Part shown: positions 1 through 15,298 of the stretch, one piece after another
Layout of the letters: every line of letters begins with the position of its first letter
Position numbering within the stretch: the first letter of the stretch is position 1
Source of the DNA: the human T2T-CHM13v2.0 reference genome, Homo sapiens
Direction: 5' to 3'
Assembly (NCBI GenBank): GCA_009914755.4
Contig: CP068257.2
Location: 23,392,001-23,456,000 of the forward strand
Length of the DNA: 64,000 nt
The notes under the pieces: model-generated
The model's database searches: none
Told to the model about the DNA's origin: nothing
The model's input: only the letters and a program-made list of their open reading frames with translations
Program-made: the position numbers and the translations under genes

Positions 1-1360
<1,360 letters not shown>

Positions 1361-4300
1361 TCAACATTGTAAATTTTTATCTTGGACCTAAGGTCTACCA
1401 AGATGTTTATGCATCCTGGAAAATGGAGAAAAATACAGAATTATAAGTTTTCACAAAACAAAAATATTAAACATAAAAAGTTGTGCTTTATCCTGAGATT
1501 ATATTTATCAAATGCTAATTTTTAGATGGTATTTACCAATATGGCAGCTAATGTCTATGCCAATCGGCCAATTAGTACAAGTACTATATCAGTTGTTTAA
1601 TATTTTTAATACAACCCAGGGAATTAATTATGGTTTTATATATTAAGATTCTCCTTTTATATGAAATGGTGGCAATAAAGTTTAGTTATTTTATATTCAC
1701 TTTTCTTTAAGATAGATGTAGCTGAAAAACAACATCGACAACCCTATGTCAGTCTTCTCTCTTTAAAGTATAAAAGTAATTTTATAACCCAGTGATGTCC
1801 AAAAGCCTGGGAAAGAGACAAAACTGCTCATTTTAACTCCATGAGATTCCTTGTGTTTAAAAGTAATTTTTTTTTATTTCTCAGCTTCCAAAATTTTATT
1901 TGACAGCCTCCATGTTTGCATATAGTATCCTAAAAACAGAAAAATTTCTAGCTTAACTCCCTTGCAAAGTCTTAAATGGCTATAATTTGAAATAGGAATT
2001 ATGCCATCAAATATGAAGAAAAGAAGTACGGCAACTAAAAATAAACTCTGTCTGAAACTTTACACTTTATGGATCCTACTTTATATGTAATATCAAAAAA
2101 TCATAATAGTGAGATACGTGAAGTGTATGTTAATTTATGCCTTCTGGTATACATAAGCATAATATTTTTCAGTATGGGGAATATAAATTTTAAAATTATA
2201 AAATCTTAAAATGAGGTAAGACCTTTACATCATCTAGCCTAATCCCATGAAGTTCAACCACGATGCCTGTATTTATTTCCCTGACCATATTATTTCTGCT
2301 AAACCATACGTAATACTAAAATGTTCACCACCTCACATAGCTTCCTATTGCTGCTATGGAGAGCCTTCACTGTTCTAAAAATCTATCTAAAATTGAATTT
2401 GAGTTTTTATCTATTAATGACATTTTGATCTCCAGTTTATCTTTATAGCCATACAGACTGCATAGTTATTTTTCTCAAACATAATAACATTTTAAAGCCT
2501 TAAAATATTAATAGGTCTCTCATAAAGGTTAAGGTCTTTTAGAAAACCTAACACCAAAAATTTCAAGCCCCCACCCAGCACAAAGTTAATTAGTTAGTTA
2601 CTGAGGTTTTGTATCATAAACCCCAAACTATAGAAGGTGCTCTCTTGAAGTTGTTTAAATTGTCCATTTTGCCTGCAAAACTCAAAACCATAGACTTTCT
2701 TGTTCTTAGGCTGTATACTTTTGGGAAGTGATACTGGAACATTTGCCTTGCCTTATACATCACATTCTTGTTCTCTTGTTTCTTTTAACTGATGACAAAC
2801 CCAGCTGCCTTTAACACATACAACCTCTGCTAACTGCCAGAAAGCAGAGGGTCTCACTCTCAGGATACTTTAAACACATTAGCGTTTGCCTTCAGTATAG
2901 ATCTCTATTTTCTTCAGCTATCCCTAATGGGTTATCACTCAATTTTGGATACCATAATACCTGAGACAAAAGACATTGTGTTACCTCAGCTAAAGAATTT
3001 CTATCAAAAAGGTCTATTTTTAACAGAAGGTCTGCTTTTTTTCTAACCTTATTATTCCTTTATCGCCCTCTTACATAGATGGTATTATTAGGCAAAATTA
3101 TCCATAGGTCATGGAAAAAAAGAAGGCCTGCTCTTCTTTTGCTTCATTTGTGGAAATGGCTCTTCATTTCTAAACCCAAGATTCTCAGGCTTTATGTTAT
3201 AGTTACATTTATGTGGCAACTTGGTTATGCTGTGGTGTCCATTTGCTGGTCAACCATTTCGACTATTTAAAGGTAGCAAAAATGGAGGCAGCAACACTCA
3301 CGGATTGGCAAAGCAAGGAAGCCATTCCTTCCCTAAGACTGAAAGGGCAAGAAAGGAATGCATGGCAGCAGCTCCAGGTGCTAGAGAACATATCAGGGCT
3401 TTCCAAAATCCTGTGCAGAAGAGGGGGTGAGCAAGAGAAGAGATACCCTGCCCTCTCTCCCCTTCTATCATCCACTTTCTGCAAGTACTTCCCCCTAGCT
3501 AAGTCTAACTGGAAGCCAGAAAGACAGCATCTACATGAACCATTCTCCTGAGGCACAGAGCAGGAAGTGAGGAGCAGGGAATGGAAAAGAATCAGCATGT
3601 GACCCTCACTGTAAATTACACCAAAAACATTTGGATGCATCTGTCAAGGTTTATGAAGAATGTCTGTACCTTTAAAGGCTGAATATTGTGTTTCACTCAA
3701 CATGTCACCTCTCTGGGTCCTCTTCTTCTATGGTTAAAAAAAAAATACTGTAATAGGATTTCTAATTCTCCCTTCTTGCTACACTTAAACTCTGAGAGAA
3801 GAAGAAAAAGTAATGAATAAGAAATAAATATTATGCCCCTCACTCCCCACTCTTTGGAAAGTTTAAGTGGATGCCATCAATTTTAATTTTAAATATCCTT
3901 CCTCCATTGGACAGATTAATGGAGGAAATAGAGTAGAAACATAATGAGGTGAAGCCCAGATATCTGTGCGAATGTACCCAAATATTAACACTCAGTGAGC
4001 TACTATTTGGTATTTTTAATTAAAAAAATAAGTTAATGAAAAGTGAGCGTATACTATATAGAATTGCTGATTAGCTGAATGAGCAGAGCATCCTGGCCTT
4101 TCTGTCAAAAGGCACTTATTACTTGGTGTCCCTATTTTAGCCTAGAATGTTCTAAAGAGTGACAGTAAATCATATGTTATGCTGTGATTGCTAGCTCACT
4201 ATTTTTTACAGGCATATTATTTGGGGTGATAAAAACTAATAGAACAAAGAGAAGCTGATTTCCCACTTACCTAGCAGTTACTAAGCAAAGGATGAATTCC

Positions 4301-7300
4301 TTTATGTGGAGATTCATCAACCCAGATTCTTTCCATTTTGTGGCTCTGTACCCTTTAGGGTCTATCTGTCATTTGCATCTAGTGAGTACAAAGAAATACA
4401 GATCTTTTGGGGTAGGAAGCATACTTTCTTCCTACAAGAGTCGATACAGAAACGGCATGCATTGCTTTCATGCACATTCCATTCTCTGCAATTTAGTCAT
4501 ATGTCCAAACCCAAATGCAAAGAAGACCAAGAAAGTAGGCTGGCTGTGTGCCCCAAAAGAGAAAATTGACTTTTGCTAAATAGCTCTATCACATACATAG
4601 GGATTATGAAAATAAACATGTATACATTTAATGATGTCTAAATAACTCCTGATGCTTAAAGTTAATATTATGACAACGTAAAATATTACAGGATAAGTAA
4701 GCCTTTCATTTCTATGTATCTTAATGTAAAATATTCATGTTTAATTAGTGTAGACTGAGCACAAATAATGTGTCTTTGCTTTAAATTTTAGGGAAACAAG
4801 AGGGGCAAAATATTCTACCATATGTTATTTTCCCATTTAAATTTCTCAAAGGAAAGGTAGGCTATGGTATAATGGTTACAATTATAATAAGAAATAGAAG
4901 AGAATATTAAAAAACAATACTTTAATTTCTGCCTGTCTAAATAAAATAGCTGTCTGCTAGTGCTTCTGAAAATCTATATAAAAATTTCCCTATTAATGAT
5001 GAGACATCTTCAATAGTTTAATTGGAAATAATTAAATTTCCCTAAGAAAAAGGACAGATTGAAATAGCCAAGTGCTGTAACGATCAAATTGGTAACCAAT
5101 TAATTATTTTTTACATGTGCCCTGCTTCTTGTTTAAGTACCATCAGTAAGTTAACACAAAATTCAGTTAAGTTTTGTTTTTTTCACTCAATCAATTTCTA
5201 CACAGCTTTTCTAGGTTGGGTATTGTGCTATTTGGTGTTGATAGAGTTATTAACAAGATAATCAAAGACTTACATTCTAGCAGCATTAATGAACTTTTAC
5301 TATGTGCTCATTCATTGCAAAAAATGATCATACAGAATAAGTATTATTATCTCCATTTTACAATAAGGACATTTAGACTCAGGGAGAGGTTAAGTAATGT
5401 GTCTAATGCCTTGTGGTTTGTGAGAGTGGAGTTGAACCAAACCCCAAGTATCTCATCTTATCCCTCTGCTGCATGTAACTAGAACTGAATTCCATATGAA
5501 ACAAGCTCTTCCTGAAAATTTAAGTCAGTGAGACTTTCTCACTGCTTAGTTTACTTTCTCTAATTTTTAATTGATATTTCCTCTTACAATATTCAAAAAT
5601 TGGGTTTCATTATATATGTAGTCTCACTTCCAGTTTCTAATAATACTGTGTTTTTCTAACATGGAAGATTTTTTTTTCTAAAGCAATTGCTGACTTTTTG
5701 ATAATGAGTCAACAGTGCCATCTTCTGTCTCTGTTCTCATCAGCCACTGGAAATAAAGCCTTAAAAGACTGGGTTAATGTAGATCAGGAACAGGAAGCAA
5801 GGAATCTGGAGAGTTTACAATCTTGGCAAAATGTACTACATCTTTGAACACTTGCAAAGAGACTAATTGTTTGAAAGGCTCGCAGGGCAGAGACGTGTTA
5901 AAAACAGTGCAGTGTGATTAGTTTCCTGAAACCTTTGAGTAGCCCTTCCAACAATGGAACCGAAGAAGGAGGAAGCAGGAGGGAGGAGACAATGACAGAA
6001 ACAGGTGGCAAGAGGTTGTAATGATTTGGGACGCCGTAATTGATGGAATAAAATAAGCAACTCTCCTGTTTGTTCTACCAATTGTTTACACATTTCCTCC
6101 TGTCTTCACCTTTAGAGTAACATGACTGATCTTGGTAAGCACTTTTATCAAGCAAAAAAAAAATAAAAAGGAAAAGATACAAATGAAACAAAATATTAAG
6201 CCCTGAATTTTTTCCTTCTCTGCATGTGAAGCATAGTTATCAAAACTGAGGCATGTGAGAAAACTTAGATAAACATGAAAATCTTGCAGGATTGAACATG
6301 TAGCTGAGAAAACACTATTTTTTTTTTTTTTTTGCAAATCTATCCTATTTTGGAAATGTATTTTTAGTCTCATCATACTTTCCAGCCATCTTGCAAAGTA
6401 AAAAAGATGAAAATTAAAAACTCAAAGGGTTTACCAGTACTTAGGTGAGTTCATTTGAGTATCTCCATTTCACAATGCTTATCTTTCATATACCTACGCT
6501 GGGTTTAAGCTTTCTGAATAGTAGCCACTTCGAGAAATATTTATGACGTTAATCATATTGCCCAGAATACAATTGTTCTTCTGAGGAATTTGAAGAAATG
6601 GTAGGAATCCCAAACAGATTTTCGAAGTTCTCTTAGACAAGGAACTCCAAACAGCAGCAAGGCAAAAGTATGAATGAAAGGTAGTTTTAATGCCTGTCTT
6701 TATAAGTGTGGCTTTTGTGAGGCTGCTGTTTTCCATAATTATTTTGCATACTTGAAGACGAAGCATGAACGGCAGCTACGAGTGGGCACAATACAATGTG
6801 TAACTGGAAAATTTTCTGTGTACCACCAAGGGAAAACTGCCACTTTACTTTTGCTGAATTATTGGCAATCTACTTCTTTGTGCCCATCTGCTTTTTTCAG
6901 CCTTTCATTAAAATAGTATTAGATGAGTTTTCTTACTATAAATTAGTGGTCAGTGCTGGACAAAGGGGATTGGAATTGGAGTTTTCTGAAATTTAACCAA
7001 ACACCTTAACAAGATGTCTCCAAAAAAGCCAAGTATCTAAGGTTTGATGGGTTACCAGGCTTGCAAAGGATCTTCCATCTGTTTCTGAGGGCTTCACATG
7101 ACAGTCCCTGACTTATGTTCCCTAACAGCCCACTCTATTTCACACTAGCCAGAGGTATTATACTTTAATTGTATCATATTAAACACACTCTAGAAAACCC
7201 AGAATTCCATGTTAATTCGTCAGTCAACACAAGAAACTTAGCTTCCTAAATTGGCATATCTATATTTAAAGATCATCAATGTCAACATTTTACTATTTCT

Positions 7301-8133
7301 CTAAGCAGGGCAGTTATCATGTAATTTCATAAGCATGAAGTAATAAAATTGATCTGAAAATGCATATACATATTTATTCTCCCTTTTACAAAACTAGAAT
7401 GCTTTCTACAATTGTTTTTTAATAAAGTCATTTTCAAAATATACACAATGCAAATCATTATGGGGATCTTCCTTCTCTATTGCCTCCCTCTGGTTGTGGA
7501 TAAAAACTGGTTTCCTGGGCAAGAGCAAAGGCAGAGACCAGGCTGAATCAAAGGAGCTGCAATTGCTATGAATTCTCCAAATCTCCTTACACAGATGCTC
7601 AGAAGGATGAGATTCTGCCATTTTGTACCCGAACATTCCTCCCAGCCTGTGATGCTGAAAGATTAAAGACTCCACGAGTACACACAACATGACTGATTGA
7701 TTACACTGACTTCAGTGCAACTCACTGGGAGAAGCACGAGGCTTGAGCTTTAACCAGAAGCTCTCTCAAGCACATGGCAATCTTTCTATATCCAAGGGAG
7801 GCTTTCTTTTTAATTTCATAAACTCACTTTTATTTATGGCACAGACCCCTTCTAGACCCCTCCTCAGGACTTTTTACAAAGGGTGCCCATTAGACCACTT
7901 ATATCATCTCCTCTAGTTGCTGTTTATTCTATTTGCATTTGTTTTTCTCATTTAACTGTAATCACCTTATGGTAAGGGTGTTGGTGGTGGTACAAGGAGT
8001 GGCATTGACACAACTCCAGCCTTAGGTGACACCTGACTTTTACTAACTTAATTTCCCTTGTGGTCTTACTTAATTCATCTTACTCCAGTGGTCAAAAGAA
8101 TGATAAAATTTCCATAATTCTGCTTGTGTCCAA

Positions 8134-8206
8134 TCTCTCTCTCTTTCTCTTCCTCTATCTCTCCCCCTCTCTCTCCCTCTCTTTCTCTTTCTTTTTTCTC
8201 TCCCCT
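8134..8206. repeat. CT-rich simple/low-complexity tract, imperfect (CT)n/(TCTC)n
   Basis: ctctctctctttctcttcctctatctctccccctctctctccctctctttctctttctttt read directly from the sequence. Confidence 0.9.
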
Positions 8207-9381
8207 GGGTCCATTTATTTCTCTTTTTAAAATCAGTAATTACCAAAGTACCTCTGAAATTTACTAATTAACTTCATTTCTGATAACTAAGCTTGATAAC
8301 TTTTCTTCTTTCTATAAAATAAACTTATCCTCTGATACATACAACCCAATTAAATGTTGACTTTCTCAGTTGTAGAGCTATCGATTTCCTAAGATTAAAG
8401 TAGTCTTCCTCATTGAAATTTTAGAAAAGTCCAAGGCAATAATATGAGGACAAAGAGGGAGTTGCCATTGTCTGATTAAAGTCAACGGAATAGATAAATG
8501 TGTCAAAAAGAACAAGTGGCATAACGGATCATAAGTATAGCAAATCCACAACTTATTATGAATTGTCTGATGTACATAGTTTTGAACTTTTCTTTTAAAT
8601 CTTTTTTAAATTAAGTCATTTAACTATGTATTTGAAGACAATGTTTCTCCACCTTTAAACTGCCTCAAAATCTTTCTAAGGACACCCACTAGGGACTTCT
8701 CTTAATGCATATACTGAGTTTTTTAAAGATGATATCTCTACCAGCAAGCAGACTGATGGTTTGCGTGTGTTAAATACTCTATTAGGTTATGGTGCATACA
8801 TGCTGCATACATGTAATCCTAACAAAAAGCCTGTGAGGTATTAAAAGGTTTCTTTATGTACAAAGAAAAGATACTCCTGAGTATTATGATCCAGGCAGCG
8901 AGGCCAAGCTCTTTTCCAGTGTCTTCCAAAGAGGATGTAGCATGGTTGAAATTCAAGATCAGGTGTGTTCGCCCTGACTACCGTGTTCCCTCACATGAAT
9001 AAAAATGATCTGTAGGGAGATACTAATTCTCCTTTTCAATAACCTTTTTCTTTAAACCATTTTTCTTTTTCAATAAACATAACTAACATAAGAGTGCTCG
9101 TAATCTTTCCTCAGAAATCGAGTTTATATTTTCCATTTATCCCTGCATTAACTAAGGTTTTAAAGGTAATGAATTCAGAATTTATTTGAATAACATAGTT
9201 TCAATAGAAGCACTAACAGCAGAAGCCCAGGGGCTTACAGACAACATAACCAGGTTGAACATTTCTCCTATCTTTTCTTCCGATTTATCACAAAATATTT
9301 ACATATAATTAGTTTGTTGTATGTACATTTAATTATTGTGTCATGTGTTTTTACAGGTAATTTATTTATCTATGCATTAGT

Positions 9382-9775
9382 TTGCTCGGGCTTCCATGAC
9401 AAAATATTGCAGACTGGGTGGCTTAACCAACAGGAATTTATAATTCTAGAGGCTGGAAGTCTGAGATGAAGGTGTTGGAAGGGCTGGTTTCTGCTGAGTC
9501 CCTCTCCTTGGTTTGCGGATGACTGTGCCGTTGCTGCCTCTTCTCATGGTTTTTCCTCTGTGCACACACACTTCTGATGTCTCTGTGTGTGTCCAAATCT
9601 CTTCTTGGGAGAACACCAGTCAGTTTGGTTTAGGGCCCTCCCTAGTAATCTCATTTTAACATAATTATCTCTTTAAAGGCCCTGCCTCTAAATACTGGCA
9701 CATTCTCAGGTACTGGGGGATTATGGCTTCAACATATGAATTTTCAGGGGACACAATTTAGCCCATCACAGTCTG
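9382..9775 (-). mobile_element. ERVL-MaLR solo LTR, MLT1-like, antisense orientation
   Basis: gctcgggcttccatgacaaaatattgcagactgggtggcttaaccaacaggaatttataattctagaggctggaagtctgagatgaaggtg ... ggccctgcctctaaatactggcacattctcaggtactgggggattatggcttcaacatatgaattttcaggggacac matches the reverse complement of the MLT1-family LTR consensus (gctgctgtaacaaaataccacaaactgggtggcttaaacaacagaaatttatt...ctggaggctggaagtccaagatcaaggtg...ggatttcaacatatgaattttggggg). Confidence 0.7.
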
Positions 9776-12700
9776 TATAATTGAAAAGCTATAGCACAGA
9801 ATATTGAATTGCTATTTGTGTAAAGAAAAAAGGTCCCACTGTAGACATGGAAACAGTTCAAACAAAGGGGGACAGGAGTAGATAGGAGTGGATTAAAAGA
9901 AGATATGTTATTTTCTCATGGCAGAGAATATGTTGACTGCCTTAGAAACATAAACAAAATATGAGAAATATTTTATTCTAATACAACAATGAGCAAAACT
10001 GTACTTAAGCCAGACGGCTGGAATTAGGGATTCAGGAAATAAGCATTGCAATTATATGTCAATCAAGTGATAAACTTAAAACCCTGCAGTGTCAGTTAAG
10101 AAGAAAGATTATTAGATTTATCAAAACACCACAGTGGAATACAGGAAATATAGCCCAAATGACAAAGAGAATATTTGCAGGAACTAAGAATAATCATTTT
10201 AAAGGAAAATAGGTTGAAATTAAGTCAAGAATGTTGAACAATGATCATAATAAAAACAACTCTGAAAGCCTGTTAGAAACCTATTGCCTCTGGCTCCTTA
10301 GAATATTTAAGAATTTGATGTCCAGAAACAGTCATGGCCCTTTCAGGAATATAATGTCGGTTTATAATGAAATTTTCAAAAATTCATAAAAGATTCACAA
10401 GTCTAAAAAGAACAATGCAGATCCTCAGAGATTCTTACATTTAAATAAATGTAGAACATTTATGTATACTGCAGGACAGAACTTGACATATTATAAAGAA
10501 TTTTCAAAGAGCAAATAATTAGTTTTGTCTTGAAAAATGTAAGATTTTAAAATGGTATGGTATCTTTAAAAATCTGATAGTTCACCTATAAAAAAATGTT
10601 GCTAGAAAAGATTGGTATCAGGGTGGGCACAACTTATAGGCAGGAGAATATTTTCTTATTTCTGGAAAAGAATCAGCATAGAAGGTGCTTTACATATTTC
10701 TTTAAATTCAAGATAAATGATACCAAATGTGGAACAGATGCTATTTTGGAGACAGGAATACATATGATATTAACAAAGAGAAATTAAACAGCAAAAGCAA
10801 TTCATAAATAGTGACACATAAAGATGGGTACTATATTGCAAAATTCAAAGGAGTATGACGTGGAGAAATGAGAACTATAAATTGTCAGCCTCACAGGGAT
10901 TTGAATAGTCTTTTACATATATCAGAAAGAGAATTCAAGTTTTTATGTCATAAAATTCAGGGAACAGTTAGTTTGTTAACTCAGTGGCTTGATTGGGTAT
11001 AGATACAGTCTTGGAAAATAACTCTCATGACAGTGCAGATTGAGGAGATGCTGGCAGCCAGAAACTATGTTATAGCACAGTGAAGAGTTTATGAGCATCT
11101 AAATAGAAAATTGGGCAGAGCCAATGGAGTGGAAGAGATGGATATATCTGACCCGCTAGAGTAGTGAGTGTCATGGTTATGAATGACACTCCAAGATGTG
11201 GAACATGGAAGAATTGCAGACAATTTTGTGATTTCTAACTGAGATGCTAAGCAGATGTTGATGCTATTAATCTAGGAAAGCAGGAAATAAATACAAAGTA
11301 AAGGGCAAGTCAGATTGCAAGACTGAAGAGAGGAGAAGCAGGAAAAAATATAATATGAAAATACAATATGAGTAAGGATTTGCACATAGTGAGCCTAAAG
11401 TTCTAGTTCAAATTGAGATAGAAAAGTCTAGAAGCTAATGAGAAAATGAGTATACTCATTATTACCATTTCCTTTCACACTTCTGATAGGATTATGCTTA
11501 TCATATACTGTACATTATTTTTCTGATCCTGTTGGCCTTGCTCGTTGATAATCCTCTCATCTATATACCTCATCTCTCGCTTCTCATCTTCAGATAGCAA
11601 AAAATAAGTACAAAATACATACACACTTTTAGGTGAGGAAGTGTTTGTCAAATTAAATTAAAGAATTCGGCTTTCACTTTCTCATTGAAAAATACACTTC
11701 TATAAATGGAATGGCTTTAAGTATTTATTCATAGCTATGCATTCATCCTGCAATGCTTCAACTAGAAAAAAGGAAGAAGAAAATGAAAAGGGCCTAGGAT
11801 ATTAGTATCCTGTTGAAATAAAAGTAAAACTTCAATTTCTTTCCTGTCTAATGGAACACTTTTTGTCTCCAGTGAATGGCAGACCAGGCAGCCTTGTCAT
11901 TGTAGAAGTAAAAGGGACGTGAGTGGCTTCAGCCTGGGATAGTGATGTAAAAGGAGATAATTAAAAAGAGAGATTTGATTATGTGAAACCAAAAAAAAAT
12001 GCTCACTCTCTTAACATACTTTTTGTGCAAATGTGTTCCACTCCCTATGGGGACTGACTGAAATTAAACAGTGATTCTTTGGGAGCAAGGAGGATCTTCT
12101 ACTTAAACAGAATCCTTATCAAGATCACCCCGGGATTTGACCGAGATGGTCAGGAACAGACCTTCATCAGAGAAGGTGTATAAAGACCAGTATGAAGTGC
12201 CCAGTGGAATCCGAACAGATGAATAACTCACTTAAAATATCTGTTAAAAGGAAACTTCCAGAATCTTGGGGGAAAAAAATCCCATTTAAATAGCTTTTAA
12301 TCACCCCTGAGCATCCATGATATGCTTTCTCTGAGGAGCACAGGTATTTGGCCTCTCTGGGAGACTGCATTGCCTTCCTGGTAGAGTTTTTATTTTTTTA
12401 TTTATTTTACTTATTTATTATTTCGTCTAGGTTTGGAGAGTCATCTTTAAATTTCTATGGAGATGTTATTCTCCCTTGCTGAGAAAAGATATTGAGAGTT
12501 ACAGAAACTGATGTTATACTGTCGATTTGGAAGCAAGTATGTTCAAAAATATGCATTTGATATTCTGGAAGGTATGACTTGAGGAAGCTTCAGGGGTCTT
12601 AACTTCACATTTGCACCAATATTTTGAGCAGAGGAGGAGAAAGAAACAAAATAGAACCAGTATTCTTACCCCAACCAGTATTATTCAGTAGAACCTGAGT

Positions 12701-14995
12701 AACTCACTGTGAAATTCTATTGGGAGGACTGGACTTGGCTGCTTCAAAAAGGAAAATCATGGAGTCAGATAGATGGGATAAACAAGTTGTGTGAGACAAA
12801 CAGACATGATTGCATGGTCCCTAGTAAAGAGAACTCTAGTGAATTTGCTGCTACAAACAAAAAGAGACAGAGAAAAATTATTTCCTTTATATTTCAGTCA
12901 ATAACTACTCCATCAACCAAAAAGCCCACAGCTTTTGCTGCAAACCTCAGTGACATGTTGACCTTCAGCTTCTCCCACTGGGATGCACAATAATTTTTGT
13001 TTGAAAAATTGACTTTCCCATGATGAAAGAAAAGTGAGAAAAGAATTGTTTTATTCACCTGAGCAAAACCAGCATAACATTTCAGACCTTTGTCTTTTTT
13101 GTGAAACTCACCACTCCATTAAGATTGATCATGTCTATGAGGCTAAAAGTTATAGTCAAGAGCTTCTAATTTATGAAAAGAATAGCAGACCTTTCTTTTT
13201 AAAGTGATCATTTTCAACACGAACTAAATTTAAAATAGTATGTATTTGGATTTAGTAACTTATTATTCTTACTTTTGTATTTAAAATATCCTGTAAATTA
13301 CTAAACTCTATAACATGCATATCATCAGTAACTAAATTGTTTTGAAATTCTGGCATCAGTTTAGAAGAAATTTCTGCATTTATAGGAGGTGTTAACATCT
13401 GTAAAGTTTAAAAATAAATATAACTCAAGATTTCATACTAAAAAATGTATTTTCAAAATTTACATTTTTTTAAAATAACTCGTGACAGTTTTTTTACAGA
13501 ACTTGGTAATTTTGCTTCTACCACATCTCCAGGCTCACTTTGCATCCAGCACCTTCCTTGATCACCAGTCAAACTTTCATCTTTCTGTTTCTGGAGTTCA
13601 CCAAGCTCTTTCCCAATTGAGGTTACTTATATATGTATATGTTTTGCCTGGGCTATTCTTCACCACACTGTTCATGTGGCTAATTCTTTTATTATCTTTA
13701 AAGGTCACCTTAAATGACAGGAATGTGTTACCTTTCCTGGCTCCAAATCCAAAATTAGGTCTTATCCCTTTATTACATTTACCCATAGATTTTCTTGATA
13801 GCACAGGGAAATAGAGTTTTATTCATCCTTGTATCCCCAGCACCTATCATATTATATAGTAGGCACCCAGGAAATATTCATTGCATGAATTAAGTAGAGA
13901 TGGTCTGTGCTTTCAAAGAACTTTCAGTCTTCATAATGAATATAAATAATAAAAATATTAAATTAAATTGCATTATAAATGTTATATTAGGAAATACATA
14001 TAGGATGCTTTCTAACCTGTACTTAGAGTAAAATTCAAAGTGGAATCTAAAGGATAAATATGAATCAACCAAAAAAGAAGGGTAGGTTTTCATCTACTTG
14101 TATCTAATAGATACATTTTTGTATTGAAAAAAATGTTTCAGGTAGATATATTTTATCCAAAATTGCTTCAGGCAAATAGAGATACAAAGGGCCAATGGAG
14201 AAGTATCTCAACATGGTTAAGCCTAGTGGACATCACTGTCCTGCCTAAGATAAAGACTGTCACTGAAGACCCTGCTTATCTTTAACATTGTCCATTTTGT
14301 AGTGCCATCAGGAGGTATTAAAGAAAACCCTCAGGGTACAGAGTAACAACAACCATATATGCTTTTACCAGCTACTTCTTGTCAGTAACTAAAAGAAAAA
14401 TATTGTATATTGTTTTATAGAGTGCTTAAATGACATTTACCTACACAAATATCAAATTGCAAACACTTTGTGCTTCAAAACTTATTTATAAGTTTTGTTT
14501 ATATATTATTTATAACCTCGGTATGATTTAAACCATATAACAAAATAGCAAGAGAGGAAAAGAGAACTGCAAAAGAACTGCAAGACAGACAGAAAATAAT
14601 GAACAAAATGGAAATAGTAAGTCCTTCCATTGGAGGAACACATAGACTGAAAGTGAAGGTATGGAAAAGATGTCTCATGCAAATGGTTACCTAAACAGAG
14701 AAGAAGTAGCTGTCCTTAGACAAAATCAACATTAAATCAAAAACTGTCACAGGAGACAAGTACATTATGTAATGACTAGAGGGTCAATCACTCCAGAAAA
14801 TACAACAATTAAAAATATATATGCACAGAACATCAGAGTGCCTAATATCTAGAGCAAACTTTGACAGACCTGAAGAAATAAATAGGCATTAATACCAGAA
14901 TATTTGGACACTTCAATACCCCACTTCCAATAAGGGATAGAAAGTCCAGAAATAAAGTCAATAAGGAAATAACAGGCTTGAACAATACTATAGAC

Positions 14996-15298
14996 CAGGG
15001 ACCCCCAATCCCTGGGCCACAGACCAGTGTTGGTCCATGTCCTGTTAGGAACTGGGCCACACTGCAGGAGGTGAGCTGTGGGACAGGTAGCATTACAGCC
15101 TGAGCTCTGCCTCTGTCAGATCAGCAGTGGCATTAGATTCTCACAGGGAATGAACCATATTGTGAACTGCACATGGTAGGGATCTAGGTTCTGTACTTCT
15201 CGTGAGAATCAGAAACCACCCCCGACCCTCCCTTCGCATGGAAAAGCTGTCTTACATGAAACCAGTCTCTGGTCCAAAAAGGCTGGGCACTGCTACTG
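14996..15298. mobile_element. hAT-type palindromic MITE (MER30-like non-autonomous DNA transposon) nested in L1 ORF2
   Basis: The 303-bp insert begins cagggacccccaatccctgggccacagaccag and ends ctggtccaaaaaggctgggcactgctactg (terminal inverted repeats). The internal text ...gcattacagcctgagctctgcctctgtcagatcagcagtggcattagattctcacagggaatgaaccatattgtgaactgcacatg...tctaggtt...gagaatc matches my recollection of the MER30 consensus (caggggtccccaacc...ggcattagattctcataggagc...attgtgaactgcgcatgcgagggatctaggttgc...). L1 ORF2 sequence is continuous on both flanks (...caatactatagac | MITE | taaacccaatgaaactaatagacatatagag). Confidence 0.6.
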
